A stretch of DNA of 62,279 nt, filler included, from Sphacelaria rigidula (taxonomy: Eukaryota), in assembly GCA_964200075.2 (NCBI GenBank). It is 9 parts of 9 records of this genome, joined end to end, with 100 filler letters (N's around TTAATTAATTAA, not from the genome) between each part and the next. Parts side by side here need not be neighbours in the genome. Positions count along the whole stretch, not along the records: positions 55,450 to 62,279 come from CAXNAA020017867.1; 8 more parts are not named here. One strand, given 5' to 3'. Each line of letters starts with the position of its first letter. Position 1 is the stretch's first letter. This document shows, in pieces, positions 61,850 to 62,279 of the stretch. A model generated the notes under the pieces. That model was not told where the DNA came from. It did no database searches and saw nothing but the letters and a program-made list of their open reading frames with translations. Position numbers and translations under genes: made by a program.

Positions 61850-62279
61850 CACGACCCATGCGGTCAGTATTTGCAGAATGTCGTTTACATGCAGTCCATT
61901 TTGTCATTCAAGGCCAACTGGTGAACGCAAACCGAATTCAGGCTGCATTACCCTGTTTTCCTCAGCGACAAAACAAAAAAAACTCGTTTTCAGCTAACTA
62001 GTGTTGAGTCGAAACGATTGCGTCTTGCCCAGCCACCTGTCCTGCTGCCGCGGTGATCAGCTCCATGGTTGAGCATTTGTCCTCCGCCATTCCCGCCAGC
62101 GCCATCTCCGCTTCCTTCTTGCTTACCTCCGCTCCGCCAGCCACCAGCGTGCCGTCTCGTGCGTGCACCGACTCCATTGCCTCGCGCGTTTGGCTCCTCG
62201 TACGCCCCGCCCTTGGTGTTGGTACCCGGTCAGCCCACGCAAGACGGCGTTGCTCGGTCCTCGGGAGTTGAGGAGCGTC
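61850..62279 (-). mobile_element. Diverged fragment of the same Copia family as 42038-47971 (IN-RT linker region)
   Basis: Colinear with 46960-47380 (GGTGAACGCAAACCGAATTCAGGCTGC...CCTCGTACGCCCCGCCCTTGGTGTTGG). Confidence 0.88.

Overview
Eukaryotic, intron-rich and repeat-rich DNA, most likely from a brown alga (Phaeophyceae/Ectocarpus-like; inferred from gene architecture and repeat types). The window is not one locus. It is nine contigs of 6832, 6832, 6832, 6831, 6831, 6831, 6830, 6830 and 6830 bp, sorted by length and joined by identical 100-nt N44-TTAATTAATTAA-N44 linkers, so adjacency across gaps carries no information. Host genes seen as spliced exons are a nucleoporin Nup155 homologue (+, 5 exons), a flotillin (-, 5 exons), an HVRRGD-motif fucosyltransferase-like gene (-, 3 exons) and one orphan, apparently dead SAE1/Aos1-like exon. 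The rest is mobile DNA: a chromodomain Ty3/Gypsy pol relic, a second Gypsy integrase relic, Ty1/Copia copies, two LINE relics, two tRNA-headed SINE families and many non-autonomous TIR elements with readable TSDs. Two structures stand out. (i) A 1.7-kb CACAC-terminal TIR element (8-bp TSD) is filled with a ~42-bp phased array of conserved palindromic motifs separated by fixed-length, non-repeating spacers. (ii) One contig is a whole palindrome of two convergent RT-only Copia elements fused through a single central LTR flanked by two polypurine tracts.
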